Positions 38,480-51,828 of a DNA stretch of 64,000 nucleotides are shown one piece after another (positions within the stretch are counted from its first letter, which is position 1; each line of letters opens with the position of its first letter). The stretch lies in assembly GCA_038496445.1 (NCBI GenBank), contig JALMLS010000423.1, positions 1 through 64,000 on the forward strand. The letters run 5' to 3'. The position numbers and the translations under genes were made by a program. A model generated the notes under the pieces. That model did no database searches. It was not told the DNA's origin and saw only the letters and a list, made by a program, of their open reading frames with translations. Source of the DNA: Trichosphaerium sp. ATCC 40318. Lineage: Eukaryota > Protista > Tubulinea.

Positions 38480-39256
38480 ATGGAGCGAGTTAAACGTATT
38501 TGTCTTGTTGGCGCAGAATCAACAGGTAATCAATATGACATAATGTACAATGTGCTTTTACAAATGGTACAGGCAAGACTACAATGTGTAAAAACCTAGC
38601 TGCGCATTTCAACTGTCAGTGGGTACCAGAATACGGTAGAGAGTACACTGCTAGTATGCTTGAACAAAATGGTGGCGATTTGGATACGTTGACATTTAGT
38701 ACGTAAAACTAGCAACTGAAATCTTACACGGCGCAGAGCCAAGTGATCTCATACATATTGCGAAGATGCAATGCGAGCGGGAAGACGCTCAAGCCAAATT
38801 AACTTCAAAACTTCTAATTTGCGATACCAACGCCATGATTACTAGAGTGGTACACTTTTCATGCGAAAAATAGTATAGGATAATAACTTGCGATGTAGTG
38901 GTGCCAGTTTTTGTTGAAACAAGTTCCAAAAGAGGTGTCACAGGTACATATTTTGACATGTGCTAGTTTTTCGCTACTAACGTATCACAGTTAGAAAAAG
39001 AGCGAGAGAAATCATATGATTTGTACTTGCTATTAGAGCCAAATGTAAAATGGGTTCAAGATGGAGAAAGGCTAGCACCAGATACACTATGGTTTCACAA
39101 AAGGTTACCTTGGTTTTATTTGCTTTTTTAACAAGTGTAAGGATTTCTGACACTGTGCAATCAACGGGAATGAAAGTATGCACTATTGCATCAAGCGATT
39201 GGAATGAGCGTACAAGACAGGCAATTGCTGCAGTTGAGGCTATTGCCAACGTATGA
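38480..39256 (+). CDS. NadR/Ttd14-type AAA_28 P-loop kinase (ribosylnicotinamide kinase-like)
   Basis: RICLVGAESTGKTT...LAAHF...VPEYGREY, IAKMQCERE, LLICDTN, YDLYLLL...VKWVQDG.R. Confidence 0.88.
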
Positions 39257-39545
39257 CGCAGTCACATTTGGCGATTTTTTGTGCAATCTTCTGCCTTCTA
39301 CCTAGAAAACGAATGCAATGGGCTGCTTCTAACTACGTACAAATGGCACTACAGCTCCCTCCAATATCGAGGTTTTTTATTCATTCAGAACACTATGGAG
39401 TTTAGGACTATGTCAACGCATTTTCAACTGTAGACATCTTTGTAAATAAGATCCAAAAAAAACCCCGACGTAACTTAAGAAAAATAGCGGTTAAGCATAC
39501 TCTAAGCATTCGAATAAACAAATTCAAAGAGCAGGTAGTCTTTCA

Positions 39546-42158
39546 ATGTCTGCAAAACGATCATCTAAAGTACGTACATTGAGATTGTTGTTACTTTAAC
39601 AACTCAGCAATTCATTAACTTACAATATTGTATAGCCAACTACAACTACCGAAACAACACCCACAAAGCGCCATCTTGGTAAGTAATAACTACTGAATTT
39701 ACAATAGAAGTTTCAGCCCGTACAACATTTCTTGCGCTATATTACGTGCTAAAGAACCAATACCCGGGACAATTTGTGTTTTTAGCACAATATTTCATAA
39801 CGCTAACATTTACTAATAGTATCAAAACCCTTCACAACACTCGATTCCACACATTTCAGTAGCGTAGTGTGCCTCAACGTTTTAGCCCATGTCGACTACA
39901 ACCAGAAAATGCAATGTCGCTCTGTATGCGTTAAATGGCGAGAACTGATTGCTGAGACGCTTTCGGAGCTTTTTTTGACCGTTTCACCAAAGTCTACACT
40001 ACCCCGCAATACTTTTCCAGCGTTGACGACACTCGTAGTCAGGTATGACATTGCACAGCTTTTTACAGGATTCAAGTATTCTTTTTCAATGGCTTTCAGA
40101 CGTTAAACTCCCACTCACTCCTTTTGTAATAGTTACGCGCGAACGCCATTACGCATGCAAATATGGGCAATGAATAACAAGTTAAAAACGTTTGTTCAGC
40201 GTCATACAAAAACACTTACAGAATTCATTGTTGAGGAGGTAGACACGATGCTTACACCTCCTGGTGGGTTGTTAGATGTAGATCCAAGCGGTGATGACGA
40301 GTACGTGCAAGAACCAGTGTTTTTCAAGAAAAAGATTTTATTTTTCACTGCTTTCCTCTAATTTACTTAGATACGTACTACGCGATGCGCTCACTACAGT
40401 AATTCCAGAACTGCGGTCACTAAAAACACTGTGGGTACCTCTTGTCGATTTCCCGACTTGTACGCTCATTCAGAGCAATACACTTCGTCAGTTTTCAATG
40501 CTGGAGAAGCTCACAGGCATGTACATACAAGATAATGACTTTCCAGAAGCCTTCAAAGAGCTGAAAAACCTAAAACACTTGGAACTTTCAGTCACTGAAA
40601 AATCAGGTTCGTATCGATTTCTTACAACCAGTAGTTTTTGCTTACGTCCTTTTTAGATCCTGTTAAGCTATCTTTCGTATTAAATCACCTCAAAAAGCTT
40701 GAATACTTCGAGTTATACAGCCTATTGTGCCCAGACGGTGTCAAATTGGATGAGAATAACAAACTGGATCTACCAAATTTAAAGCATCTCAGCATAGATT
40801 TGCGCTCCTTAGAGAGCTTAGATAAGACTATAGATAATTTAAACGGATTACAAGCACTCGTTATGTATGGTGCAGAACTAGAGAATGATCCTACATACCC
40901 AGAAGTACTTGCAAAGATGACAAACTTAGAATTTATGGATCTTTGCCCTGTACATATTTTACGTGGTATGTATTTTTGGTTTCTTTTTTCATAGTGTTCT
41001 ATGTCCACTAATGATATTTTTTAGACTGGAAGTCTGGTACCTTTGTTGTACCTGTTACATTAAATTTGGCTTCAATAGCACATCTGCGAATAAAGGTAAG
41101 TTGTAATCTTTTTACTTTTACTTTCTTTCAATACATAATCTTCTTTCCTGCTTACCTCATGTACTAGACACTGGAAATCTATGGGTATAGCACTGACAAC
41201 GTAGATTTGGCACCGCTTTCCAATACACCATCTCTCAAGAAACTGGCGCTAAAGCATTGCAATCAAAGCACGATAAACTTGGATAAAGTCGCATCGCTTC
41301 AAACTGTCAAATTATCTGCTGAAACAATTCCTCCTGCAAACTTGGCTAGCTTACCTGCACTTACTACCCTTGATGTCAAAACTGGCTCTGAACACTCTTC
41401 TGAATGGGTTAAAGTATTTACTTCATTGAGTGATCATCCTACGCTCACGTCGCTTCGGTTCGAGCAAGTTTTATACGACCCGTACGTTGAAAACCAAAAT
41501 TTCTTTTTCACGTTGCTAAGTTTTTATTCAATAGTGTAACTGAATCTGATTGGAAGCAAAGTGATTATAATAGTCTACTCTCTCTTACTAACCTTACTGA
41601 ACTCAAGATAGTTGTACGCAAGATAAGCTTTTATTAAAATAAGAACTGTAAAACTAACTATATTGTCAGAGTAATCAACAATTCTTGCTTGAACCAACAT
41701 TTGTGAAATCCTTGTCTATAAATTTGGTATCATTGACATCACTATCCTATGAACCAACGTCTTGCAAACCTTTAGAACCTAAATTATACCTACAGTACGT
41801 CCTGTTTTCTCGTTTTTATCGAAATACACTAAACATTATCTAACTTTTTCCCTTTTCTAGCTTCACCCGACTTGCAAATCTTAAGTCTCTTAAAATTCCT
41901 AGAACCAATAACGATGTCATGTCTAAGATTAAATCAAAGCTTCCTAATGTCAAATTCACAAAAACGAATAGACCATGTAGCAAAAATTTAAGCCGTATTG
42001 TAAATTGTGGTGGCGTAACTATAGAATTCATTGCGACTGATGGTAATAACGTTGATGATGTAATCATGCTTGATGACTTGGAGAGCTTATTTGGTACAAG
42101 CGGCTTATCTCAATGGGTTAGACCTACTATGCTTGTGGATGACCTACCGGATCTGTGA
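39546..42158 (+). CDS. F-box/LRR-repeat protein (multi-exon)
   Basis: F-box-like TLDSTHFSSVVCLNVLAHVD...CRSVCVKWRELI; many LxxLxxLxL repeats. Confidence 0.75.
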
Positions 42159-42746
42159 GTGCGTGTCTTTGCTCCACCTTCCTGTATTTATTTTGTAAAT
42201 AATGTAACTTTGTCAAATACAATGTATCTTATGTAATCTTGAAGCATTTTTTCTTGATAGATACTATTTATTTGTGTATATTTCTTAGGGTTTCTACTTT
42301 TTGTCTGAAAGCATAAAGATTGGATTGTGTTGAGATATTTTTACAAAAAATGGCGGTTATGTGATTTCATAGTCGGTTACAGGTAACAAACTGTATGCGT
42401 TGTGAGGAACCACCTGTGGCGATAATAATAAGATACAACAATGCAGCATTGTAGTAATGAAAAAGAGAACAACGGAATTTCGTTAGAGATTGCCACGTAG
42501 TAGAACATGCTTTAAATGGTTAAAAATTTAGTGTTATTTTTTGAAGTTCGTTAACAAACAGATTTTGTCATGTTTGCCCCGACACGATGAAGATCGCGAA
42601 AATGCAGTGGCGCATTTACCAGCATAAAATAAAAAAAACCGTAAGACATTCACGTGATTCTCGGAGTTTGGGTACCCTTTTTTCAAGACGATTTTGGTTG
42701 GCAATCTCTTCTTCATGTAAAGTAAACAAGAGCAGAGCAAACGATC

Positions 42747-44005
42747 ATGTCTGTTTGTAATGCCGTTGCGTACTTGGTATATGAGAAGTTACAAGAGAGG
42801 ATGGTAATAAACACGCTTAAATACAACACTACAATTTCTTTTTTGCTTACGTTTTGTTAAATTAGCAATGCGGTATGGAAGACAGTGCTGTAAATAGTGT
42901 ATTTCATCAATCCCAAAAACCACAGATTGAGCTAGTAGCGTACATGCAAAGGTGAGCAATAAAATTGTTATTTTAACCTCGTAACAATCTTATCTTAATG
43001 ATATAATATAGATTTGTACGTTATACAACCGTAAACGATGAAGTGTTCTTAGTTTCGCTGATCTACTTGAAACGCTTTTTGACGAAGAACTCGCGGTTTG
43101 TTCTAAACGAACATAGCGTACACAGGCTATTTCTGACATGGTAACGCCTTTTTATTTAACGAGCAGAAAGCCAAAACTTAACTTTGAAGAAGAAAAAAAA
43201 AAAAAATCTTTTTTGGTCGTTCTTGCTGACATTTTTTAGCGTACTTGCTGCATTGAAGTTTTGGGTTGATGGAGACTGTCGCTACGGTTTTAATTATTTT
43301 TCTCGGGTCGCTGGGGTAGATCCTCCGGTATTGCTAGCTTTGGAGACCAAGTTTCTTAACAAGATGTCATTTGACCTACATATCGCCCCGGACGAGTATT
43401 CTGCATGCAAAACAAGGGTAGACCAGGCAATTCTGTTTCTACCTGGTACGTTTTTTTCTCTTATGAAGATTTCTCGTCGTTTCTTCATTTGTAGACCTTT
43501 TTTTTGCCACAACACGTGGTAGGAACTAGCTCAGCGTAGTTTTGGTTTCAGATAATTCTTTTTTTTTCCAAACTGCGAGAAACATGTTCACTCACTATTG
43601 TTACTAGCAGATTGCAGTACCGACCTCACAACACCACCTACGGGCACGAAACCGACCTACAATGTTGCTAGGAACGCGTTAGCTGTGAGCCTACGTAAGC
43701 GTCAAGTCCGCCACTATAAGACTTTTAGCGCTGCTGTAAGTATTTTTGAAACCTGTCTTTTTTTCTGCACTTATCATTTACTGACTTTACGCGCTAGGCA
43801 AATGACGTTCCTATGCGTATACTTAAGATAAGGCAGTTTGGGCATTTTCAACGTTGCAGGACAGTGAAACGTGCATATTCCGCTCCTGGTGTACGTTGTT
43901 CTTTGTTCTCCTTACTTCTCTTTTTTTGACACGTGATTTTCTCAACTTATCTCATCTCCTTCCTAGGTACTCCGAAGATCTCCTGGAGCGCGTGTGCAGA
44001 GTTAA
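42747..44005 (+). CDS. PHO80/cyclin-U (P-type) cyclin
   Basis: FHQSQKPQIELVAYMQR, SLIYLKR, SVHRLFLT.VLAALKFWVD, FSRVAGV....LETKFL..MSFDLHI. Confidence 0.88.
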
Positions 44006-44476
44006 GACATAATATCTCCTATTAACGCACTTGTGTATTAATTCTGTGTGTTCAATTTTTTTTTATGGTTCGCGAGAAGAACGCGTGAAGAAATTATTTG
44101 TATTTTTATTCTCTCAAAAACAAAAAGTGTAAAGTCTGTACTATTAGAAAATACTTTTATTAAAATGTAGTTTAAACAACTTGTAGTACTATTGGTTTAT
44201 CTTACAGTGTTCTACATAAAAAAAAAGAGAGATGGAGTGTTTATGGGGAAGGTCAAAAGGCGCTTTTTGGACTTTTGTGAGCCAAACACATCAACTCGGT
44301 AAAGTAGCAGATGTCATTTTTCGTGGTTTTTCTATACTTTGTTTTACGAATAAATACGATGTACCTCCTCCAGCTGAAAATGTCATTTTGTTGAAGCAAA
44401 TCAAAAATTTTCGTCAGTTACAAGTTTAAGCTGCCTAGAGCGAATTCAATGCGTGTAAGCACTGCTTAGGTTTGTC

Positions 44477-46861
44477 ATGAGCTCGTCGAAACGCTCGCAT
44501 AAAGAGCCCGCCGATGACGTGGATAAACAAAACCTGTTTACGCATGTATCAGACTTTGTAGCGCTCTCTAGCTTTCTATTGCTAGGTTTATTATCTACAT
44601 TACACAACAACATCACTGATTGCGATGAAACGTTTAATTACTGGGAACCTACGCACTACCTTTCGTATGGAAGTGGTTTACAGACTTGGGAGTACAGGTA
44701 AGATAACATTTCGCTTTTAACGGTATAAACGATCATAGTAACTAGTGTTGTAGCCCAGTATACGCCCTACGCTCGTATTTTTATCTTCTACCAATGTCTA
44801 TTGCAAGCGACTTTTTAACGTCAATGGGCGTAGGGAAGGTACTCAGTAACGTTGTTATACGAATTTAACAACGTACAATACAGATTCTTATTTTTTACAT
44901 TCTGCGTGGTTGTTTGGGCGTTTGCGGATCTCTTAGCCTATGGTATTTCTACACTGGTGTCAAAAAACGTATTGGAAACTCTGACATTTGTGTCATGACG
45001 TTGATTTTCTTGGTTACAAGCACTGGTTCATTCATTTCAGTAACAGGTAATTAAAATGAAACAGTTGGATCATTTTGACGTTTGAATAGCGTTTATACCA
45101 TCTGCATTTGCGATGTATTGTATGGCTGTTGCGTATGGAGCATGGTTCCATGAGAATTACTTTATAGCAGTGCTTTCTGTGGCATGTACGATAAAAATAT
45201 CTTGTTTGAACGAAATGTTAATTTTTTTTTTCAAACAAGGTGGTGTTCTTGTTGGATGGCCTTTTTCGATTCTTGTTGCTTCTATACTCGCTTTAGATGC
45301 TATAGTTACACGTGGGTTTATAAGGATATTTTTTTATGGTGTTATAAGCTTAGTAGTATGGTTGGTAAGCCAAGTTTTATTGAAATGTATTTTCATATTT
45401 TTTCTTGTATTCCTTTTGGTTCTAACACCATTACTTAGGTGCCATCAGTACTAATTGATTGGCAATACTTTGGAAAACCAGTCATTGCATCACTCAACAT
45501 TGTATTATACAACGTTTTTCATCCTGTATGTCAGTTGTCTTTCTTTAAGTAATCTAACAATAAGTACAGGAAGCAGGCCCTGAGTTGTTTGGTTCTGATC
45601 CTTTCTACTTTTACCTGTTGAATGGATTTCTGAACTTCAACTTTATTCTACTCTTTGCATTACTTACGCCACTTGTACGCATATAAATCCATTCTATTTA
45701 TTCTAAGTGGTTTGTATAGGTTGTATTTCTGGCATCTAAAGCAAACACAAAAGCTTCACCACTTGAGATTTTAAAGTATTTAGGTGGCATGTTTATCCAC
45801 CTCGCTTTTTTCTCTTATGTACCACATAAGGAAGAAAGATTCTTATTTGTAATATACCCAATGCTTTGTTTATCAGGAGCAATTGGTTTAAAGAGTATTT
45901 TGGATATTGGGAGGTCAATACTTGCAAAGTGTTGTTGTTCGGTATTGTTTTTCTTTTTTTTTTCTTGCTCTAGTTAGCTTGCTAAGTCTTGCCTTAGAAA
46001 CCGCGTACTATTGTAAAAATACTCGCTTGTATTGCTATATTATTTATTGTGGTATTATCCATTAGTCGCACCACTGCATTACGTGTTAACTATGGCGCAC
46101 CACTTGATGTTTATGCAGAGTTTTCAAATGAAGAACTTGTAAAGTTGGACCCAAATGTTGACAGTACGCAACCTAATGAGCGTTTTGTGTTAATTCTTAA
46201 ATTGTATTTTAGTTGATATATGTGTTGGTAAAGAATGGTATAGGTTTCCTAACCACTACTTTTTTCCACATCCAAAACAACATCTTCGTTTCATAAGAAA
46301 TGCATTTCGTGTACGAAGAGACAAAACCGTAACACTCCTGACTAATGGTTATTAGGGATTATTACCTCAATACTTTGCTGAAAAAAATGGAACTATGGCC
46401 ATACCTGAGCATATGAATAACATGAATAGAGATGAGCCAGCGCTCTACGTAAGTTGTTTTTCTTCTTTCCAAAATCCAAAAAAAAAGTCTCTACTCTGTT
46501 TTGTCATTGAGGGTTTATCACTGGACAACCAATCATCCCCAGAACATGTAATTTGATATTTGGTGTTATTTGGAGCAAAATTCATCCACCTTACGTTTTT
46601 TGTTAATTCAACAAAGAAATATCTTTCTCATATTTTTCCTAGGTTAATATAGATGTTTGTGATTATCTAATAGATGTGGATCTACCTTCCCAAGTAGAGA
46701 ATCATTATCTTGGTCATAGTAACTGGACCACTATTGTATCAATGCCTTTTATTGATGGGTTATCATCACCTCAATTACATCGTGTATTTTGGACACCATT
46801 ATCAACAAAACATAATGTCTTTGGTCAATATGTAGTTCTAAAGAGAGTTAAGCAAACATGA
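44477..46861 (+). CDS. ALG9: Alpha-1,2-mannosyltransferase (GT22)
   Basis: ITDCDETFNYWEPTHYL..GSGLQTWEYSPVYALRSY, GWPFS, SLNIVLYNV, PHKEERFLFVIYP, CVGKEWYRFP, GLLPQYF. Confidence 0.96.
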
Positions 46862-47061
46862 ACACTAAATAATAATAATAAAAAACGTAAGTTCAGGTAC
46901 CCGTATAGAGTATGCAATCTCATCGTGTAATCGTTTAGTCGTTGAATAGGAGCAATTGCAAACGCACATTAAGTCAGTTTGTTGATTTAACCTTGCCCAA
47001 CTAAGTTAGGTTGGTTTCGCACTTAAAGGTTGCTTTGTAGCTTTGTTTCCAATAGCACATC

Positions 47062-48824
47062 ATGGCAACAGACCGAACTCGACGTTCTAGAAAGCGAAAG
47101 AGTACGACATTATGCGACAAGCGCCGTAAACGAGCCAAACAAGCCATAAAAGATAACAAAGAACAAAAGAAGTCTCTGTGGAGAGTCTTTCCACTCGTGC
47201 ATTTGGGAATTAGAGCTCCATACGAAGATTTTAAATCTAGAGGGTGAGAAAAACGTTGTTTTTGTTGTGCTCACTCTGACTACCACTTAGTTTCATATCT
47301 CCCCAAGGTGGTAAAGAAACGCTCCAAATCGCAAAATTTATGGACAGGCTAACGTTCGTGCATTTCTTTCATGACAAAAGAGAAAACTGCTTTACATCTT
47401 CTTTAATATTTGTAAACTGCAATGTTTTGTACTTGTTTGTTTTGTTCTTCATTGGTTTCTCTGATTTTTTGTCTATTAGATCAGTTAGAAAAAATGATAG
47501 AGTTAAACTGATGAGGAATCTTATACCAAACCAAGGTGATGGCTTTTATGCAACATTCAAGTATGTATCACGTGCATATGCTTCCACTACCAAAAAAATT
47601 TAGTACCTTGTTCTTCAAGATGGAAATAGGAGATGATGTAATTGTAATAGATCCACTGCACAAAGAATATATTCTTGGAACAGTAACTAGTGATGTAGAG
47701 TATGGTACAAACTTATTTTATTAACTCCAAACTGTAACTGAAATGTCAAGGTATTGATTGGATTTATGCAAAGGAGAAGGTCCCTTACAGACGTGTGAAA
47801 TGGACAAAAATTACCAAAGGTAATGAGAAAAGCCGGCCAAGCAACCCATGGGGAGGCTTACTGCAAGTGGTGCGACCACAAAAGGTTCTTACAAACCTAA
47901 GCTTACTTTTATTTAGATGGCACATGAAACACAATTTACAGAAGCCAGCCTAAGCAAAAGGACATTCAATAAGGGACAAACTATTCATAACTTCTTTAGT
48001 GGCAATACCACTAGCCAATTCAGAAAGTTCCTAAACAGGTCGTCAGTAGTACGTGACTTTACTTCTGAGGTACTGTTTCTGCAATGATTTAAACCAATGC
48101 TCAAACCATATTATAGGATGGAAAGCAATTTGACGAGAGCACTTGTACGGTTTACACTCCTGAGCAAATGTATAAGGTGAGGTTCTCACTCCTATATTCT
48201 CTAATCATACTCTAGGTTAAACACGGAGTTGATGTGCCATGGCTTCGGAATGAAGATGAGGAACATGAAGAAGCTTCCGAGGATACAGATTCTACTATCG
48301 TAAAACCAGAAAAACATATCTCTTTTGGCAGCAAGGTGAATACAGTATCAAAGATAATACCAAACAAAACAACAGAAAACGGTGATTTAAGTGATTCCGT
48401 TGTACTTACGTCAAGTTCATATGATGAAGGTGGGTTATATGTGTAAACACCTGTTGTATCTCACCTTCTTTTTCAGAAGAAATTGAGATTATCTTGACAA
48501 GCGATGATGAGGGTGAAGAGTTTGGTAACTATAGGCTAGAGAAGAATCCGTCAACACCACATGTAATACCTCAACATAATGAGGTAGTACCACAAACAGT
48601 GCCTTCAATTATGCAAGGTGAGAACTAAGCCCTTGCATCCTTCTTTTGTTTTGATTCTTACAAAACCTCTAGAATCGTATGACTCTCAAATACAAACTTT
48701 TCTTGATGATCAAATACAAGAAACTATAAAAGAGATACAACAGTTGAAGGAGCAGTTGAAAAGAAAAGAAGAACGCCTTAATACGCTATACAACTTCAAA
48801 GGCAGCAACAATAACAACAAATGA
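47062..48824 (+). CDS. Hypothetical nuclear protein with NLS, a domain resembling the N-terminal PUA/EVE-like region of bacterial Mrr/McrB-type proteins, and a C-terminal coiled coil
   Basis: MATDRTRRSRKRK...KRRKR; FFKMEIGDDVIVIDPLHKEYILGTVTSDVEY...PYRRVKW; acidic low-complexity linker; IQETIKEIQQLKEQLKRKEERL. Confidence 0.6.
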
Positions 48825-49121
48825 TCAACATTACAATTTCTTAAACTCATTAAACTTCTCACGTGAACACTCACTATTTTTTTTTGTCTATTTTTTGTAC
48901 TTTCTACAAAAAAGCTTTTGTATATATTCGATCGGATTAACTTGTGCTCAACTTAAAAAAAAATCGGACCTTGTCATACTTTATCAATGGGCGTACAAAA
49001 ACTACACCTAATGACAAAGACGCACTAGAGTGTAAAAACTAATACAACAAATTTGAAATCATTATTTGGCGCATTTATTCGAAACTTGTTCGGTTGTTTT
49101 GCCAGTGGCTACAGTCTCAAT

Positions 49122-50270
49122 CTAGATATCAAGATGCATACTCTTCCACCATCCGCCATTATTGAACATAAGAACATTATAGTGACCAGGGTTCTTTGAT
49201 TCGACTCTCGTCACGTGATCGTTCCATCCAATTTGCCAGCCAGCTATATAGCTGTCACCATTGTTTGTATCAACGAGTACCCAGTTATTATACTTAAAAG
49301 AGAATGTCTGAGAATTACCATTTGGATCAAGAGCGAGAAGGTGATTAGTATTTGAGTTGCTTAAATACGTATGATTAAAATGTCCAGCGATAAACCTGTT
49401 GTTTGGACCAAGTGTCCACGTGTTTCCAATTTTACCATTTGAACCGCCTGCGATGTACTGGAACTCCTTTGTTACTGTATTAAACTCCATCATGTGATGC
49501 CAACCGTTAGGGTTGATACACAAAAGTTGATCTTCTTGGTATCCTTTGAACCCACCAACAACGTATTTGTCGCTTGAAGTGTTAATAATCCACCAATATA
49601 TCCTTCCGTTTGACGAACTTGAGAGGATATCCCAGTTGAAAGTTATAGTATTAAACTTCATGACGTAGTGTCCAGATTTTTTTATGAGCACAACGTAGTC
49701 TCTACGAGGACTTATAGATGTGTCAAAGTTGCCAGAGATGAGAACATCATCAGCTCCAACATCTCCATTTGTTGCGTATTGAAGTTGTACAAATTCGAAG
49801 TTGTAGTTGAAGTTAGGAAGGGTCCCCGTTGTTATAACGTCTAGTTTGTATGTGGCGTATCTTCCATCAGGGTTTGAGATGAGTAGTTCCTTATGGTATG
49901 AAAAGAAGTGACCAGAAACGTATTGATCATCAGCAGAAGTCGGCCATGCTCCGATTTTATCGTCACCTTTGGCTTGGTATCTCCATTCACCATCAATATC
50001 TATCCACGCTAACATCCACTTCTGTCCTGGCTTAATGAATAGCGTGAACGCAGCAGTTGGGGATGATCCAATGAACTCCATCGGAATGAATTTATCGCCC
50101 GCTTCAATTGTCCATGTTTCGTATGTCCAAGGACCTCCGAATGTAAACATATCATCGCTTCGCTTTGCTGTGATATGGGTGGGTCCCCCAGAACCTGAGA
50201 AGACACCCCAATAAGCGTATGTGGAAATTGTAAAGAGCAAAAGGGTCAAGAGAAAGCGAGACATTGCCAT
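49122..50270 (-). CDS. Intronless secreted protein with FG-GAP/VCBS-like beta-propeller repeats
   Basis: Signal peptide; about 5-6 repeats of W-x4-5-D-K/Q-Y/F-V-x-G-x-F...L-L-x-I-N-P-x-G-W; 382-aa ORF. Confidence 0.8.
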   Translation of the reverse strand: MAMSRFLLTLLLFTISTYAYWGVFSGSGGPTHITAKRSDDMFTFGGPWTYETWTIEAGDKFIPMEFIGSSPTAAFTLFIKPGQKWMLAWIDIDGEWRYQAKGDDKIGAWPTSADDQYVSGHFFSYHKELLISNPDGRYATYKLDVITTGTLPNFNYNFEFVQLQYATNGDVGADDVLISGNFDTSISPRRDYVVLIKKSGHYVMKFNTITFNWDILSSSSNGRIYWWIINTSSDKYVVGGFKGYQEDQLLCINPNGWHHMMEFNTVTKEFQYIAGGSNGKIGNTWTLGPNNRFIAGHFNHTYLSNSNTNHLLALDPNGNSQTFSFKYNNWVLVDTNNGDSYIAGWQIGWNDHVTRVESKNPGHYNVLMFNNGGWWKSMHLDI

Positions 50271-51012
50271 CCTCGTGTACTTTAGAATATTGTGATTTTT
50301 TTTTCTAGCTAGAAGATTTTCCGGCGTTTGTGGGGTTGTTTCAGCAAAAACATCACACTACAAAACCGAAGAGGCATGAAGGGTCATTAGTAATTTCACA
50401 ATAGCTACGATAGTGAACTAGCGATAAAACAATTGTTTGTTCACTCAACATTACGTAAAGGGGTGATGCATGTTCCAGCCATGAAACTATTTTAATGGTA
50501 GCTAGAAAGTTTTCAGGCATCCTCACTATTAGGTTTTGTGCACATAAACTACTCACTCACTGTTAATTTTTAAAGAGTCTCACAGGTGTCCAAACAATAG
50601 CAATATGTACAACTAAATAAAAACTCTTAATAGGAATTTTTTGCGAATTACCTCACTCAGGGATTCCTTTGTGCATGATTCAGGAAACAAAAACTAATAC
50701 TTTTCAGTGGGTTCACCCTTATTTTGTTTCACGTGAAAAAGCGTGTTTTTTCGTGAGCTTGAAATTGTAAGAATGGGTAAAACCCAACTGACACCTTATG
50801 AAGGCGATACAAAATTTTTGGCTGAAACAAGCTACGTGGTGTTTCGTGACAGCAACATTCACTGATTTTCCGAAGTGATCTTTTTTGTAGACAAAACAGG
50901 CTTTTTTTTCAACCTCGTTTCTGGCGCTAAGCCAGTCAATTACTTAGTTGCTATTATCTTCAACAGGGCACCCAAAATCGTAGAGGAGCTACCTCCAGCC
51001 CAGGATGTTTAA

Positions 51013-51480
51013 TGGGGCAGCATCGCTTTTGAGGCTGCTTTGGAATTTCTTAAAAAGTTTCGAAAGTAGGGGTTTGCACTACTTTTCGCGAAATTGATTA
51101 GAGCCACGATTGACTAAACAACGTGCTGTTTTCTGCAAAAATGTTGTACAAAAAGCCTCCAAAAGAACAGATTTCGAAGAATACAACATGCCGCCAAATT
51201 TCGCGAAATGTAGTGCAAACCCTATGGAAAATTGTGATTTTTGATATTTACAGGATTTCACGACTCTTTAAGACGTTTTTACTTACCTCAGAACCATCTT
51301 ATCCTTCAATTGATACATTGAATATGTAGCCAGGATTCTACTTATGGGTATAAAAACTATTTTACGATTCGTTTATGCTGTGCCGAGGAAAAGTACCGAC
51401 AGTCAAAGCAAATAGTAAAAAAACACTATTTTTCAAATTTCAAAAATGTCTGAAACTGTCCCAAAAGCGATGCTGCCCCA
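51013..51480. mobile_element. MITE-like element with 19-bp terminal inverted repeats
   Basis: tggggcagcatcgcttttg (51013-51031) is the exact reverse complement of caaaagcgatgctgcccca (51462-51480); non-coding interior; no clear TSD. Confidence 0.7.
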
Positions 51481-51828
51481 GTGAGTTGGGAAACCAACTC
51501 CCTTTTGAAAGCGTTCAGTCTCAATCTTATCGAGACAGTATTTATTGGTATCTATTGCGAACGTGTGTGCCTTTATGAGCAACATTGTTAGAGGTTCGAC
51601 GTGTTGTTGACCGTCTCAGTGACAGGTGAATGATTAGAGGCCAGAAAAACTATTTTGGAGGCTATTTTGGAGGCTATTTATCGAAACAGTCCACCTTGTT
51701 CAATGAGTTAACGAAGTAACAACATCAACGCTTTTTAGCACTCACCAGTAGGAAAATCGTGACACTTTTGTACACAGGTTTTTTTCGACACGTGATTATT
51801 CGTGCCTTGGATACGAGGTCGTACTGCA

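Noticed and set aside
50725-50740. TGTTTCACGTGAAAAA, a near match to bacterial parS
   Set aside because: Single site. CACGTG with A/T flanks is common throughout this AT-rich window, so chance is sufficient.
51651-51680. 12-bp tandem repeat ctattttggagg
   Set aside because: About 2.5 copies, consistent with simple slippage.
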